In this document: positions 52,601 through 64,000 of the stretch, piece after piece | Numbering within the stretch: the stretch's first letter is position 1 | How the letters are laid out: the number at the start of each line of letters is the position of its first letter | NCBI GenBank assembly: GCA_043228905.1 | Contig: JBHGNT010000009.1 | Span: 1,984,001 to 2,048,000 of the forward strand | Source: Azolla caroliniana | Lineage: Eukaryota; Plantae; Polypodiophyta | DNA length: 64,000 bases | Reading direction: 5' to 3' | Position numbers and translations under genes: made by a program | Notes under the pieces: generated by a model | Databases searched by the model: none | Seen by the model: the letters and a program-made list of their open reading frames with translations, nothing else | What the model was told of the DNA's origin: nothing

Positions 52601-55600
52601 TGCGGACGGTGGGGATATTATGTGCGCATACAAACGATTTATCGATAAAACAAGTAGATGCTTCAGAGTCGAGCAAGGCATGAGAATGTATTGAAGTCGA
52701 ACCAAAACAAAGACTTACTTGCAAAGAAAACCCTCCTAATGGCGGTTCGGACTTGTAGGAGCATGGAGAAGGTGAGTAACGAGAAGTGTCCAGCGGCATG
52801 GCTCCCACTGCAGCCAGACTTGGTTGTTTTCCTATTGTCGAGGAACCTCCGCAAGACGTGCATGATGGAATTGTTGTCGAGGGCCTCGCACAGGGCAGTG
52901 GCGGATGACATGGATGGGGTTGCCACAATAGAGACAGAGTCCATTGTCCCGACGATGTTGGCATTGGGCTTCAGTTAGTGGTTGGAACCGAGCATGGTCG
53001 ATCTCCATCAGGGTATGGGAATCGACCTCCATTGTGGTATAGGTTTCATTGGCTGATGGTAAGGTTGGCGTGGGTAACAAGTAGGGCCTGGTGATTGTTG
53101 CGTTCCGAGAAGAAGCCTGAGACCCGCGAGTCCCCCGTTCTTCTTGACGAAGTTCGAAAAGACGATTGTCACACTAGACAGCTTGGGAGATTACCTGATA
53201 CAACGATGTGGGCTCCGGGAAGTTTAAGAGAAGAGTCTTGACGTCATGTCAGAGACCACGATGGAAATGGTCGCATAGGGCTTGGTCATCCCAAGTAACA
53301 TCGCAGGCAATTTGGCGGAACTCTGAGGCGTAGATCGAGGCAGGACGTGAACATTGTTGGACAGAATAAATCTTTGTGAGTGTCGTCCGTCACCGATCTG
53401 TCTCGCCAAATGTCGCTTCGAGCTCCTCAATGAAAGCGGTGAAGTCCTCCAAGAGAGGGGATGAGGTCTCGATCAAGGGTGCAAACCACGCTTGCGCCGG
53501 CCCAGAGAGAAGCATGTCGACAAGCCCAACCCGAGAAAAGTCGCTAGCATACCGTTGGTGCTATAATCGGATGATAAGCCGAATTTGGTTGATAAAGCCG
53601 CAAAGATACGCCCTCGTGCCATTGATTTTATCGGGTAGGTTGATGGTTGGTTCGAGGACATATGGATGAGAAGAGGACATGGTCGGGCTAGGTGTCGACG
53701 GTGGTTGTGACTCGGCGGCTAGTGGATTTCTTGAAGTGCCAGATTGCAACTCTCGTAATGATTCCCAAAGGATTTCATTCTCCAGTTGAAGTTGTTGCAA
53801 GGCTGCCATGATTTGGTTTAGGTTGTCGACTGAGCCGGACATGGTAGCAAGAAAAAGAAGGTGAACAAACTGTCACGGACAAGTATAATAGAGTAGAACG
53901 AAGATAAGACTGGAGAACAAGAGAGAGAAAAAGAACAAGAACTCAACTTATAGAATCTGTAACTTGTGTTGTTCACCTTGATTAGAATCAAGGTGCACAT
54001 GAGTATTTATACAAGAGGGTAGGGCTATGTAAGCCAACTAGAAATAGAGTGCATGAGGATGCATGCAATAGAGTACGCATGAGGATGCATGTAATAGAGA
54101 ATGCATGAGGATGCATGCAAGCTAGGAACTTCCAATGTTCAATCTACACTATATGAAGTTGAATTAAATACAAGGATGCATATGTAGCTCAAGTGGTAGG
54201 GTTTGCCCAATAGAGACCATGAGGTCTTGGGTTCAATCCTTATCTTCCTCTGTTGCATATGTCTATGACAGGGTCCACATACGACGACATGCCGTATAAA
54301 TATCCTCAAATAGAAAAGATGGTGAAGGACTTTGCAGAGCTGACCCTGGCTCCATTGTGGTGAATAGTAATATTTCATAGTATGGGTCAATATTTATTGG
54401 TCACTAGTGCATTAAAGTCGATATGACATGCAACTGAACACACGCATTCGTAAGCTTTAAGTTGTTATGCATTGTATATATGGTTTCAATTGCACTTACT
54501 ATATACAATATTTGATGATATTGACTTATTTCCATTCCATTACAAATACTAGGGTTAAAACGAACATAACTCATACCCCAGGCGATCGAATGGTGAGCGT
54601 TGTGGAGCATTTGTGCATGGGGTACTACGACGCAATTTCTAAGAACAAGGCTCGGCCACATGTGGCTGAGCAAAACGTCGTAAATTATATCATGTGGCCA
54701 GTTGTGACGAAGAAATTGTGCCATGTTTCCGGCGAGAAAAGTCTAGTGAACACGTACCAAAAGCCCCAACGTTTAATTAATTGATTGATCGAGTCGTTTT
54801 CTAACATTGATGATTGGGTGCTCGACTTATTCTCTAGAACATGCATTTTTACAAGCATGATCAATTTATCTTAAAATAAAATTGATTTACGACTTTGTTT
54901 TCTCACTTATGCAATTACAATTGATTATTCAGGAACAACGACTACATGTGCTTTGAAGATGTTCAAGAACTATGTCGCCTTGGAGAAGGACTCTTCACAA
55001 GTTAATTTTATTAAAATGAGAATCCAAGGTATCTGGGATTGTCCCGACCAAGACCAAGAGGTTGGGGCAAAGCATATTAATGAAACTGAAATGTTTCAGT
55101 TGACCTCCAGAGAACCAATGGAACCTAATAGAAGAAGGAGAGGGACCTTGTCGACCTCGAGGATGTACTACAATCCGAACAAATACAAGATTCAGCTGAG
55201 CATACAAAAAAGACACAACAACCAACTGATGTTGGAGAGCAGTCAGTTCTAGATTTGTTAATGGAATGACTTGTATATTGCTTTGTATTTGTAATTGACA
55301 CCTTCTTTGAATTGTAAGAACTTTTAGTTTGAGTATTAATCTTGGAGTAACATTTTGTCTTTACTCTATCCTATTGTTGTATCTAACTCAATATGTCTAT
55401 CATATGGTACAAATGTTGACTTGTCGAGTATATGGTTAAATATAATTTCCATTGAACATATGCTTTTAACTTATTGATTGTATGTCAAATGTTGGATATT
55501 ATTGTTTCTCGGTTAATATAATTGAACTTAGTGTTTAAGTATATTTGGTATCCTATCAATATGATTTATGTTTGTCATAATTCTTGGTAAACTAGTTTCG

Positions 55601-56039
55601 AGTAAAAATAATGATATTAAGTCAAAATGGTTGCTCATATGATTATGCGTTCAAGTTTGTTCATATGATTGACATATAATTTGCGTAGTGGTTTTTTTTG
55701 CATGTGTGGTATCTCGTGGGATATGCTTTTACGAATATTTTTTCAATTATATCCTTAAACCCTATTTACAAACTCGACAGAGCAATCTTTATAAGTTTTA
55801 GAGACAAATATACAAACATAATTGCATTTCAAAAGCATATTACAATTATAACTGGATGCATTCTCGTCATCTTATCTAAGAATTGGATAAATTTATTATA
55901 GATTGAATAAATGTCGGTTAAATTTTAATGTTAGAAATATTAACTGAATATCTAAGCGGTGACTTTAAAAAACATGTACACATGCATGATATGTTCTTAA
56001 AAGTTTGTTAAAAAAAGGTAATTCTTGACATCTCACGTA

Positions 56040-59000
56040 ATTATCAAAAATGTAATGCGACATATTACCTGTTTTAAATGTCTCAGTGTTTGGCTCATAT
56101 TCCGGCTCAAATTCATATACGTCAGCTTCTTGTTGTGAGTCGGCCGACTCAGACTCGGTTGCATTGATTGGTTGTTGTTGGTCAGTCTGTTGTGTAGAAG
56201 TGAAGTTAGATGGTGTTGAATCCATAGTGGTAGTAGTCGGCTAGGAAGACGACATTGGTTTCTGTTGTTTCCAATCTTCAATCATCTTGTCTTCCATGAA
56301 TACGATATCATGACTCCTCACCACTTTCTTGTCAAGGAGATCCCACAGCCTGTTGCCGAACTCATCTTCCGAGTACCCCAAGAATATGCATGGCTTGGAC
56401 TTGTTGTCCAACTTTGATCGTTGATCTTTTGCAACATGCATATATGTTAAGCATTTGAACACCCTTGAGTGTTGGTAAGAGACATTTCTTCCAATGCACA
56501 CCCTTTGGGGGACATCACCCTTTAGAGGCACTGAAGGAGATTTGTTTATAAGATAAACAACAGTCAACATTGCCTTAGCCCTATACAATTTCGGCAATTT
56601 TGCATACGACAACATGCTTCTTACCCTTTCCATTATGGTTTGATTCATTCTCTCTACCAAACCATTTAGCTCAAGTTTCTTCGGCACTATATACTCAAGT
56701 TTGATGCCTTGGGTCTTACAATACAACTCGAATTGGCCTCTATACTCACCACCATTATTTGTTCAGACAGCTTTCAACTTCTGTCCAGATTCTCTTTCTA
56801 CCCTTGCATGAAACTCTCTTCTTCTTTTTTTCCTGAAAAAATATCCTCCATTGGTATTAAAATGAAAGTGGCCAGAGGCCATGTACAAAATAGGCTAATA
56901 TTACTTTGAATATTGTAAAGCCATGCCGAATGACTCTAGCTAGTCTTTCAAGGTAAGATAAGTAAGGAAAAAAAAGCCCGCCAATCTTTATAGGCAAAGA
57001 AATTACAATGATGTCATACCATTATCCAAATCAGAGAAATGCCCATGCTTTGCATTTGTTCAAATGAATCGAGTGCTTTGTGGCCTTGTCCATGCTGGAC
57101 ATATGTTATAATGAGTGCATTCCAAGCTATTGACATCTTGAAAAACAAACTTTTCCAGCACTTCCTTGGTTGTTCCAAACCCACCACATTTGTCATACAT
57201 GTCCATCGAAGCATTGCCCAATACCATTATATCATTATCCACAAGAGCCATATCCACTTTTCCCTTGTCAATAGCTTCTACACTTCCACAAGCCTTTGCT
57301 ACGGCAAGCTAGGAGACCACATGTAAAGGAAAAAACAATCTCCAGCATGTAAAAACAAGTCCATTTTATCATGGTTGCATTCCAAATGGCCACATTTGTA
57401 GTTAGACGTGTCTGAAACACATCTTCCTTTGCCACTTGTCATCTGAAGACCATAGTCAACATATAAACAACATCTCAGAGTATCCAATTTTTTCGAACTT
57501 CTTTTTTCCACATTAGCCCTCAACCTTGGACAACAAAAATTCCTACAAAATCAACCAGCTTCATAAATCCTGTAATGTGATCACTTTATCAACTAATTCC
57601 AATGTCTGAAGTCAAGCAATGTCTTCCGATGACAGCAACACATTTGGCCTGAGTTGTGTCTTAAAAACATTAAAAATCTCCAAGCTTCAAAACATGTATT
57701 GTCGTCGACCCTCAAGAAAAAGCTTCCAAGTCCACGCCATCAACACTCATAAAACAAAAAAAAGAAAATGCTTCTACTCTCCCATCGTGAAGTATGCTTC
57801 AACCCCCGCCAACCTCATGACTCATCCTTATTAAACAAAGAATCTGTTTTATTTTCCCCATCCAACATCTAGCCGATTACCACCAAAGTCCACCTCAACC
57901 ATCTCTCGTCGTAGACCACCAAAGCCCTATACATACAAAAAACATAATGACACTACTCTCCGGATCCCCTCATGAAATTATGCTTCTGCCCCTGACACCA
58001 TCTTCACTCATCCTTGTCAGAAATAGATAATGTGCTTCGTTGTCCATATCAACAATGTCATCTTTTACTACGAAGGTCCTTGATATTGGAAGATGCGATG
58101 ACCAACATCCAATGTGCTCTCCTTCTCCCCTCATGAAAGTATGCTTCAGCCCTTACACCATCAAAAAATCGAATGAATCACTCTCCTCAGACACTCATAA
58201 AAAACTGCTTCACCCTCCAACACTATCTTTATGAAAATCTGCTTCATTTTCAACATCAACCATCTGTCCATTTTCAAATTCCATCAAACATCCTGACATA
58301 TAGACAGCAAACAATAAATATAATAAAGTATAATATTATATACACCCTCAAAAAATCGAATGAATCACTCTCCTCAGATAGTCATAAAAAACTGCTTCAC
58401 CCTCCAACACCATCTTTATAGAAAATCTGCTTCATTTTCAACATCAACCATCTGTCCATTTTCAGATTCCATCAAGCATCCTGACATTTAGACAACAAAC
58501 ATATTAGTGTAAAAAACTCCCTCACCAACTCATGATACTATGCTTCAAACCCCACACCATCTACACTCATCCTTATCGCTCAAAAAGAATTTGCTTCTTA
58601 CGTCCACAACAACCATCTCGCCATTTCGCTAATCGGCACCAAATTTTGGCTTGCCATGTCCTTGATTTCCACCAACAACATCACTTATCATGTCCAACGA
58701 CACTGCTTCATAGTCCATTAGGTAAGTAACAAAACTTGTCGAAAAGTATCAAACAACACTTTAAAGACCGACAACACTTGCTCTTTAGACTTCAGCACGA
58801 AAGCCCACAACTTTTTGTTGAAGTCATCAATAAATGTCACAAAGTATTGTCCACCATGATGAGATGGAGCATCCACATAGCAAATGTATCTATGTGGACT
58901 AGTTCTAGGGCACATTCTCTCCTCATCGGAGGTCTAGAGTGAAAGGTAGCCCTATTTTGCTTTCCAGCCAAGCAGTTTACACATTTTTCAAGATGTATTC

Positions 59001-59640
59001 CTTTCACTTCTGGGAGGAGATCCTTTCCATCAAGGATATGCATTCCCCTTTCACTCATGTGGTCGAGCCTTTTATGCCACAACTCACCATCTGAGTCGGC
59101 CACTAGATTTGCTTCATCTCGGCACAACTGTGCATGCATTACATACAATGTGTTCTGCTTTTGTGCTCGAACCACAATTAGACTTCCCTAACTGAACTTC
59201 CAAGCACCATTATGAAAGCTACCATTGTAGCCTTCATCATCCAACCGTCCAGCCGATATTAGATACAATTTGACATCCCGGACATGGCGTACATCCTTCA
59301 ACATTAACCTGCAACTAGTGGATGTTAACAAGCACACATTTCCTATACTCACAATCTTGCATTCACCGTCGTTTCCCATCTTTACATAGCCATAGTCACC
59401 GGCTATGTAAGATGAGAAACATTCTCTTTTGGGAATTAGGTGAAACGATGCACTAGAATCAACTACCGAAGAGCACTCAACATTTGCAAGATTCACAACT
59501 CTAGCTTGTTCACAGATGAATAACAGTTCTTCCTTACTGGTTGCAATGGCTGAAGTGTTTTTCTCATCTGAAAGTTTTATGGGTTCAACATCATCAACAA
59601 TGCCTTTGTCCTTCTTGAGGTGTCGACAATTTTTTTGTTT
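56040..59640 (-). mobile_element. Degenerate Ty1/copia fragment related to the element at 1-3724, interrupted by a ~1.9-kb PPR-containing insert (~56819-58760)
   Basis: VVDSSASFH, LWHKRLDH, CVNCLAGKQ, YFVTFIDD, LNGLVERMNQT and KLDNKSKPCIFLGY are collinear with ORF 576..3137. Confidence 0.9.
57014..57330 (-). pseudogene. Degenerate PPR fragment inside the insert that interrupts copia
   Basis: VLGNASMDMYDKCG...AWNALIITYVQHGQGHKALDSFEQMQSMG across frameshifted ORFs. Confidence 0.8.
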
Positions 59641-61124
59641 CGCACTATGTTATCAGTTTTTCTATTTTGTTCTATGTTATTAGAAACTTAGGTCACACTA
59701 TGTTTTCTCCTTCTTCTTTTTTGTTTTTCTCCTTGTAGTCCAACGTCTATATATCTGTGCCCACACACACACACACAAAAGACACACACAAAAAAACATA
59801 CAAAAGAAAAAGGGCATACATATATAAATATATAAATATGATTATAAGTAATATAACATTTCTCCTTCTTGGCCCTAAGCCAATTCTGCACTCAGTCGAC
59901 TCCATGGTGTGGGCTCCACTTGAGTGGACAAGCCCCAGCAATGATCCCTTCTTCAAGCCTCTTAGAAATATTTATGCAAGGGTTCTCATTGCCTAAGGTG
60001 GTGTCTCGATCTATTAAAAGCCCCACAACTCATAATTTGGTCCTTACATAATGTTAGATGTAAATACTTCTCTATTTATAATTATGTCCTCTTTTATCAA
60101 ATTTTAGATATCCCTGTCTAGGTAGCCAACCAACGATCTTGCTCTCAAAATCTGATTTTCCCTCTTCAAATCGTCATATGTATAACAATTATGGGGAATA
60201 ATTGAATGTTTTTCAAACTGGTCATCCTAGGCCTCTCACATAATTGCTTTCACATAAGAAATAATATCAAACTCTTTTATAACTCAACCATCCTAGCTAA
60301 GAACTCCAAAATACAAGGCTTCTCACACAAACATTATATTTACTACTTTGCTCTATCGATTGTATAAACCAACCCACTTCACTTCTTAATGATGTTCTTA
60401 GATAGTAAAAATTGAGACCTCACTTGTTCCCTATATAATACTCTCATATTATAATTTTAACATACTAATAACCATTTGGGGACTAATAATATTTGAGCCC
60501 ATTAGCTCTCCATCATATTATAAACTATTAGTGACCTTTGAGCTTCTACTCTATATGCTAGAGCGTGAGCCTTTTATTCTGGGGAATATATGCTTCCATT
60601 ACTGACAATACATTAGTAATGTTGTGTTAGTCATGCATCAGTGTCATTATGATAGAATGTTATTAGAAGAGGGAAAGAGTAGTGACAATGTAAATAGTAT
60701 GTATACTTGCATTCATTTTGTGCTTACAATTCTAACACCATATTAAATATTTTTTTTCTCATTAGAAATAAAATTCCACTAGCAAGGAAATTTACGTCAA
60801 GTTCCTACCAGATGATTAATCGGCTTTTGGTGCAAAATGTGAGTACATTGACATATTCAAGACAATGGAAAAACATATACTACAAAATGGTAAGGCTCAT
60901 TAGCTACACACTCATACATGTGTTAGATTCTACAAAAATTCCGTACTAATATTACGAAAATAAAGAAAAAGATATTGTTGTAACATTCCTTCATAAGTTG
61001 TGCCTAAGTTACATCGTTATGGTTACTCACAAACTTATATGCACTATAGTTTGAAATTCAATGTTTTTTTTGTTTTTTTTGTTTTTTTTGTTTTTTTTTT
61101 CAATCAAAAATAAAGAAATAAAAA

Positions 61125-62770
61125 AATGGATTTTCAACTAACATCTGACGCACTATATCGGATTTTAGCCTATACATCTAGAATCCAATGCAATGCATTG
61201 GATTTTAGTTGAAAATCCTTTTTCTTTTCAATTGTTTTTCATTTTTTCAATAAATAAATAAGAATATTTAAAAAATGGATTTCCGGATTTTAGCTGAAAA
61301 TCCTTTTTCTTTTCAATTGTTTTTCATTTTTTCGATAAATAAATATGAATATTAAAAAAAATGGGTTTCCAACTAAAATCAGATGCACTACATTGGATTA
61401 CAGTTGAAAATCCAAATTTCTTTTCGTTTTTTCATTTTTTTCATAAAACAATGAAAGAGTAAAAAAATAGTAGATTTTCAACAAATATCCGAGGCAGTGC
61501 ATCATATTTTAGTTGAAAATCCATGATAAATGAAAAAAAAAAAAAAAAAAAAAATCTTGGAGTTTCAACGGAAATTCCATCGGATTTCTGTTGAACTTCG
61601 TGCTTTTCAACCGAAATCTGATGCACTGCATCGGATTTCCGTTGAAAATCCATCATTTTCAATGCAAAAATCACCCACGTTCTATAAGAAAATATAAAAA
61701 TCATGGATTTCCAACTAGAATCCGATGCAAAATCCATGATTTTTTTAGTGTTTTATTTTTATGGAAAAAATGAAAACAAATAAGAAAAAGTTGATTTCCA
61801 AATGAAATCCGATGTAGTCCAACAGATTTCAATTGAAAATCCATTTTTTCAATTTTTATTTATGGTAAATTTTCAAATATTCAAAAATTTGGATTTTCAA
61901 CTGAAATCCGATGTAGCGCATCAGATTTTAGTTAAAAATCCATTTTTTCACTTTTTTAAAATTTATTTATGGATTTTTTTAAATTTATTTATGAATAATT
62001 TCAAAACAATGGATTTTCAACTGAAATCTGATGTACCGCATCAGATTCTAGCCATATAGACTAAACTCCGATGCAGTGCATCGGATTCTAGCTGTATAGA
62101 CTAAAATCCAATATAGTGCATCGGATTTTCAGTTGAAAATCTATTTTTTTATAACTTTTTCTATTTTTTATGGAAAAAAAATATAAAACATTTAAGAACG
62201 ATTTAAAAGATAGATTTTCAACTAAGACCCAATTCATTGCATCAGATTCTAGATGTATATACTAAAATTCACTGCAATACATCGAATTTCAATTGATAAT
62301 ATAATTTTTTAATTTTTTTAATTTTTTAATGTTTTATTTTGTTATAGAAAAAAATAAAAAATAAAAAATTGTGGATTTTCAACTAAAATTGCGGATTTGC
62401 AACTAAAATCCGATGCAATGCATCAGATTCTATATATATAAAGTAAAATACAATGCAATGCATCGGATTTGAGTTGAAAATCCAAGATTTTTTTCATTTT
62501 TCATTTTTTTTCATTTTTTAAAGATATTTTAAAAGTGGATTTTCAACTGAAATCCAATGCAATGTATCATACTTTAGTCTATATAGCTAGAATTCAATGC
62601 AATGCATTGTGTCTCAATTGAAAATCCAAGAGTTTTTTTTTAATGGAAAATTTTAAAAAAATTCCAAGACTTACAACAGGAATCCGATGCACTACATCGA
62701 ATTCTAGATGTATAGAGTAAAATTTGACGTAGTGCATCAAGTCTAGATGGAATGTATCAGATTTTTGTTT
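61125..62770. repeat. Large array of AAATCCGATGCA-S-TGCATCGGATTT palindromes with short and long A/T-rich spacers
   Basis: Roughly 20 units, e.g. at ~61615 (aaatctgatgcactgcatcggatttc), ~62065 and ~62405; flanks ttcaactgaaatcc/ggattttcagttgaa. Confidence 0.85.
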
Positions 62771-63369
62771 AACATCAAAGGCTTACTATGAGAATCTAAC
62801 AAAAACGAAAAAGCATCTTTAAGGCATTTTTTTATTCTAATGATTTTGGTAGAATAAACAGTAGCTTGCAGGTTTCTCTCACATAATCAAATATCGTAAA
62901 TAGAAAGTACATAATTAAATATCATAAATAAAAAGTGAAGAAGAAAGAATGCATCAAGCACATTGGATAATGTTTATATACTAGTTTATGACTTATCTTT
63001 GACCAAAACATGCTATCTACGACAGACCACAATGAAGATACTAAACGAGAAGATCTCAAATGTGGCTCCAGACACAACACAAAGATAAACAATAAGCATG
63101 ACTTGTAACCAGGATGAGGTTGGATTGCAATTGAATGAAGACAATGCATTAGTTTCCATTGATGATGAGGATGAGACCTCATAAACACCTACTAGTTCAT
63201 CTTATGGGTATGAAGATAGTGGCATAAATTTTCGTACATGCTAGAAATCAATATATTTTTGGGTCATTTTTTTAAATCCTTTACGTATGCAACACCCCTT
63301 TTTTGTGAATCGCCCTAATTTGTGTCATTTTTTTATGGACAGTTCTCAAAATGCAACATACTACCTGTT

Positions 63370-64000
63370 TCAATTGTCTCGTTGTACTTGGCAGTGATAG
63401 AATATTTCTAGAATATACTAAAGACTAGAATATTCTAGAATGTGTTGTATGCTACAATATATAATACTAAACTAATATATACAAATACATGCTCATATCC
63501 AAATGGTTGAGCATGATGTCTTGTTGAAGTGAGGTTGTAGGTTCAGTCCTCACCAACCATGTATTTTATGTCACGATTGTCTCGTGATATTATCCTCCCC
63601 TTTATGGCCACCTTTTCGAAAGCGTGTTCTAAGGGTGAGCAGGAAGGGGAGCCCCAACAGACGTGAGCGACCATGTGCGGTCATCACCGAAGGCACGAAC
63701 AGTATCGGACGTGAGCAACTATGTCTTGCCCTCATTGGGAACTGGAACACGAACAGGGGTAAGTGACCATGTGTGGCCCTCACCAAGAATTGGAACACGA
63801 ACGGGAGTGAGCGACCATGCGGTCCTCACCGAGAACTAGAACACAAACGGGAGCAGCCTACCATGCGGCCCTCATCGAGAATTGGAACACGAACAGGCGA
63901 AGAGGTGTTGAAAATGATGATGTCGAAGACAAGGATGTTGATGACAGTAACTCTAGAAGAAAGGACGGTGATGATGGTAACTCTAGAAGCAAGGGCGATG
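63370..64000 (-). mobile_element. 3' end of another LTR retrotransposon: ~50-bp tandem repeats, PPT and start of the 3' LTR (left limit uncertain)
   Basis: On the - strand AAGGGGAGGATAA is followed by TATCACG at 63589; repeats gagcgaccatgyg...cctcaccgagaaytggaacacgaac at ~63660-63900. Confidence 0.7.

Larger units (their letters stand above)
44876..54270 (-). mobile_element. Ty3/gypsy chromovirus (Tcn1/Tf-sushi-like), degenerate. RT core deleted; 3' LTR interrupted and partly deleted
   Basis: LTRs 53871-54270 (5') and 44876-45147 + 49981-~50061 (3'); TSD GGGTC at 44871-44875 and 54271-54275. gag with CLYCGNPIHVIRHC, LLDSEAS protease, RNase H (ETDASDFA, YDKELAAI), integrase (SMDFITDLP, GQTERVNQ, GPF) and chromodomain EEYEVDRILD. 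Confidence 0.93.
40498..55270. mobile_element. Second, diverged copy of the MTase-carrying TIR transposon. Transposase largely deleted, distal TIR not found, and two gypsy elements nested inside
   Basis: TIR AACACGTTCTTGTTCACAAGTGGAAGGATCACGCG at 40498; same divergent layout with a transposase N-terminal remnant (-) and the ParB-MTase gene (+). Confidence 0.82.
42251..55270 (+). pseudogene. ParB-like + N4/N6 DNA methyltransferase gene, copy 2, split by a gypsy insertion at 44876-54270
   Basis: TATA at ~42124; exon 1 MNKGKKIS(R) with a phase-2 intron. Motifs GGSHF, AWNHNNDNDYRQKM, LLIADIRYGFRITG|STYDD, NTYQKPQRL and WVLDLFSRT...GTTTTCALK. Intron positions match copy 1. Several stops and frameshifts. 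Confidence 0.85.

Noticed and set aside
54183-54245. Functional tRNA genes (also ~268-328 and ~63496-63549)
   Set aside because: A and B boxes are present, but the acceptor and anticodon stems do not pair convincingly, and all three lie within LTRs.
55270-56300. Distal TIR of the second MTase transposon
   Set aside because: No ...CTTCCACTTGTGAA...CGTGTT match was seen; the sequence passes into a copia fragment, so the end is undefined.

Overview
Eukaryotic, intron-containing, TE-dense land-plant DNA. A fern or other non-seed plant is suggested by the TE content, but this is inference. One apparently intact host gene is present: a six-exon GARP/MYB-CC (PHR1-like) transcription factor at 6119-8640 (-). 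The rest is nested mobile DNA: two Ty1/copia copies, two decayed L1-type LINEs, three solo LTRs with TSDs, a self-priming chromovirus with a young Ty3/gypsy inside its LTR, and PPR fragments. The main discovery is a ~9.75-kb TIR DNA transposon (16661-26410, 4-bp TSD ACAT, Sola-like DDD transposase). Divergently from the transposase it carries a spliced gene for a ParB/Srx-like domain fused to a bacterial-type beta-class N4C/N6A DNA methyltransferase (DIPY ... FSGTG). Intron 1 of that gene holds an array of 25-bp CG-rich palindromes at 51-bp spacing, with spacers in both orientations. A diverged second family member with the same introns lies at 40498-~55270, and related palindrome arrays occur at ~39.4 kb and ~61-62.8 kb. 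Both MTase copies here are pseudogenised. All calls were made by eye from the sequence; no searches were run.
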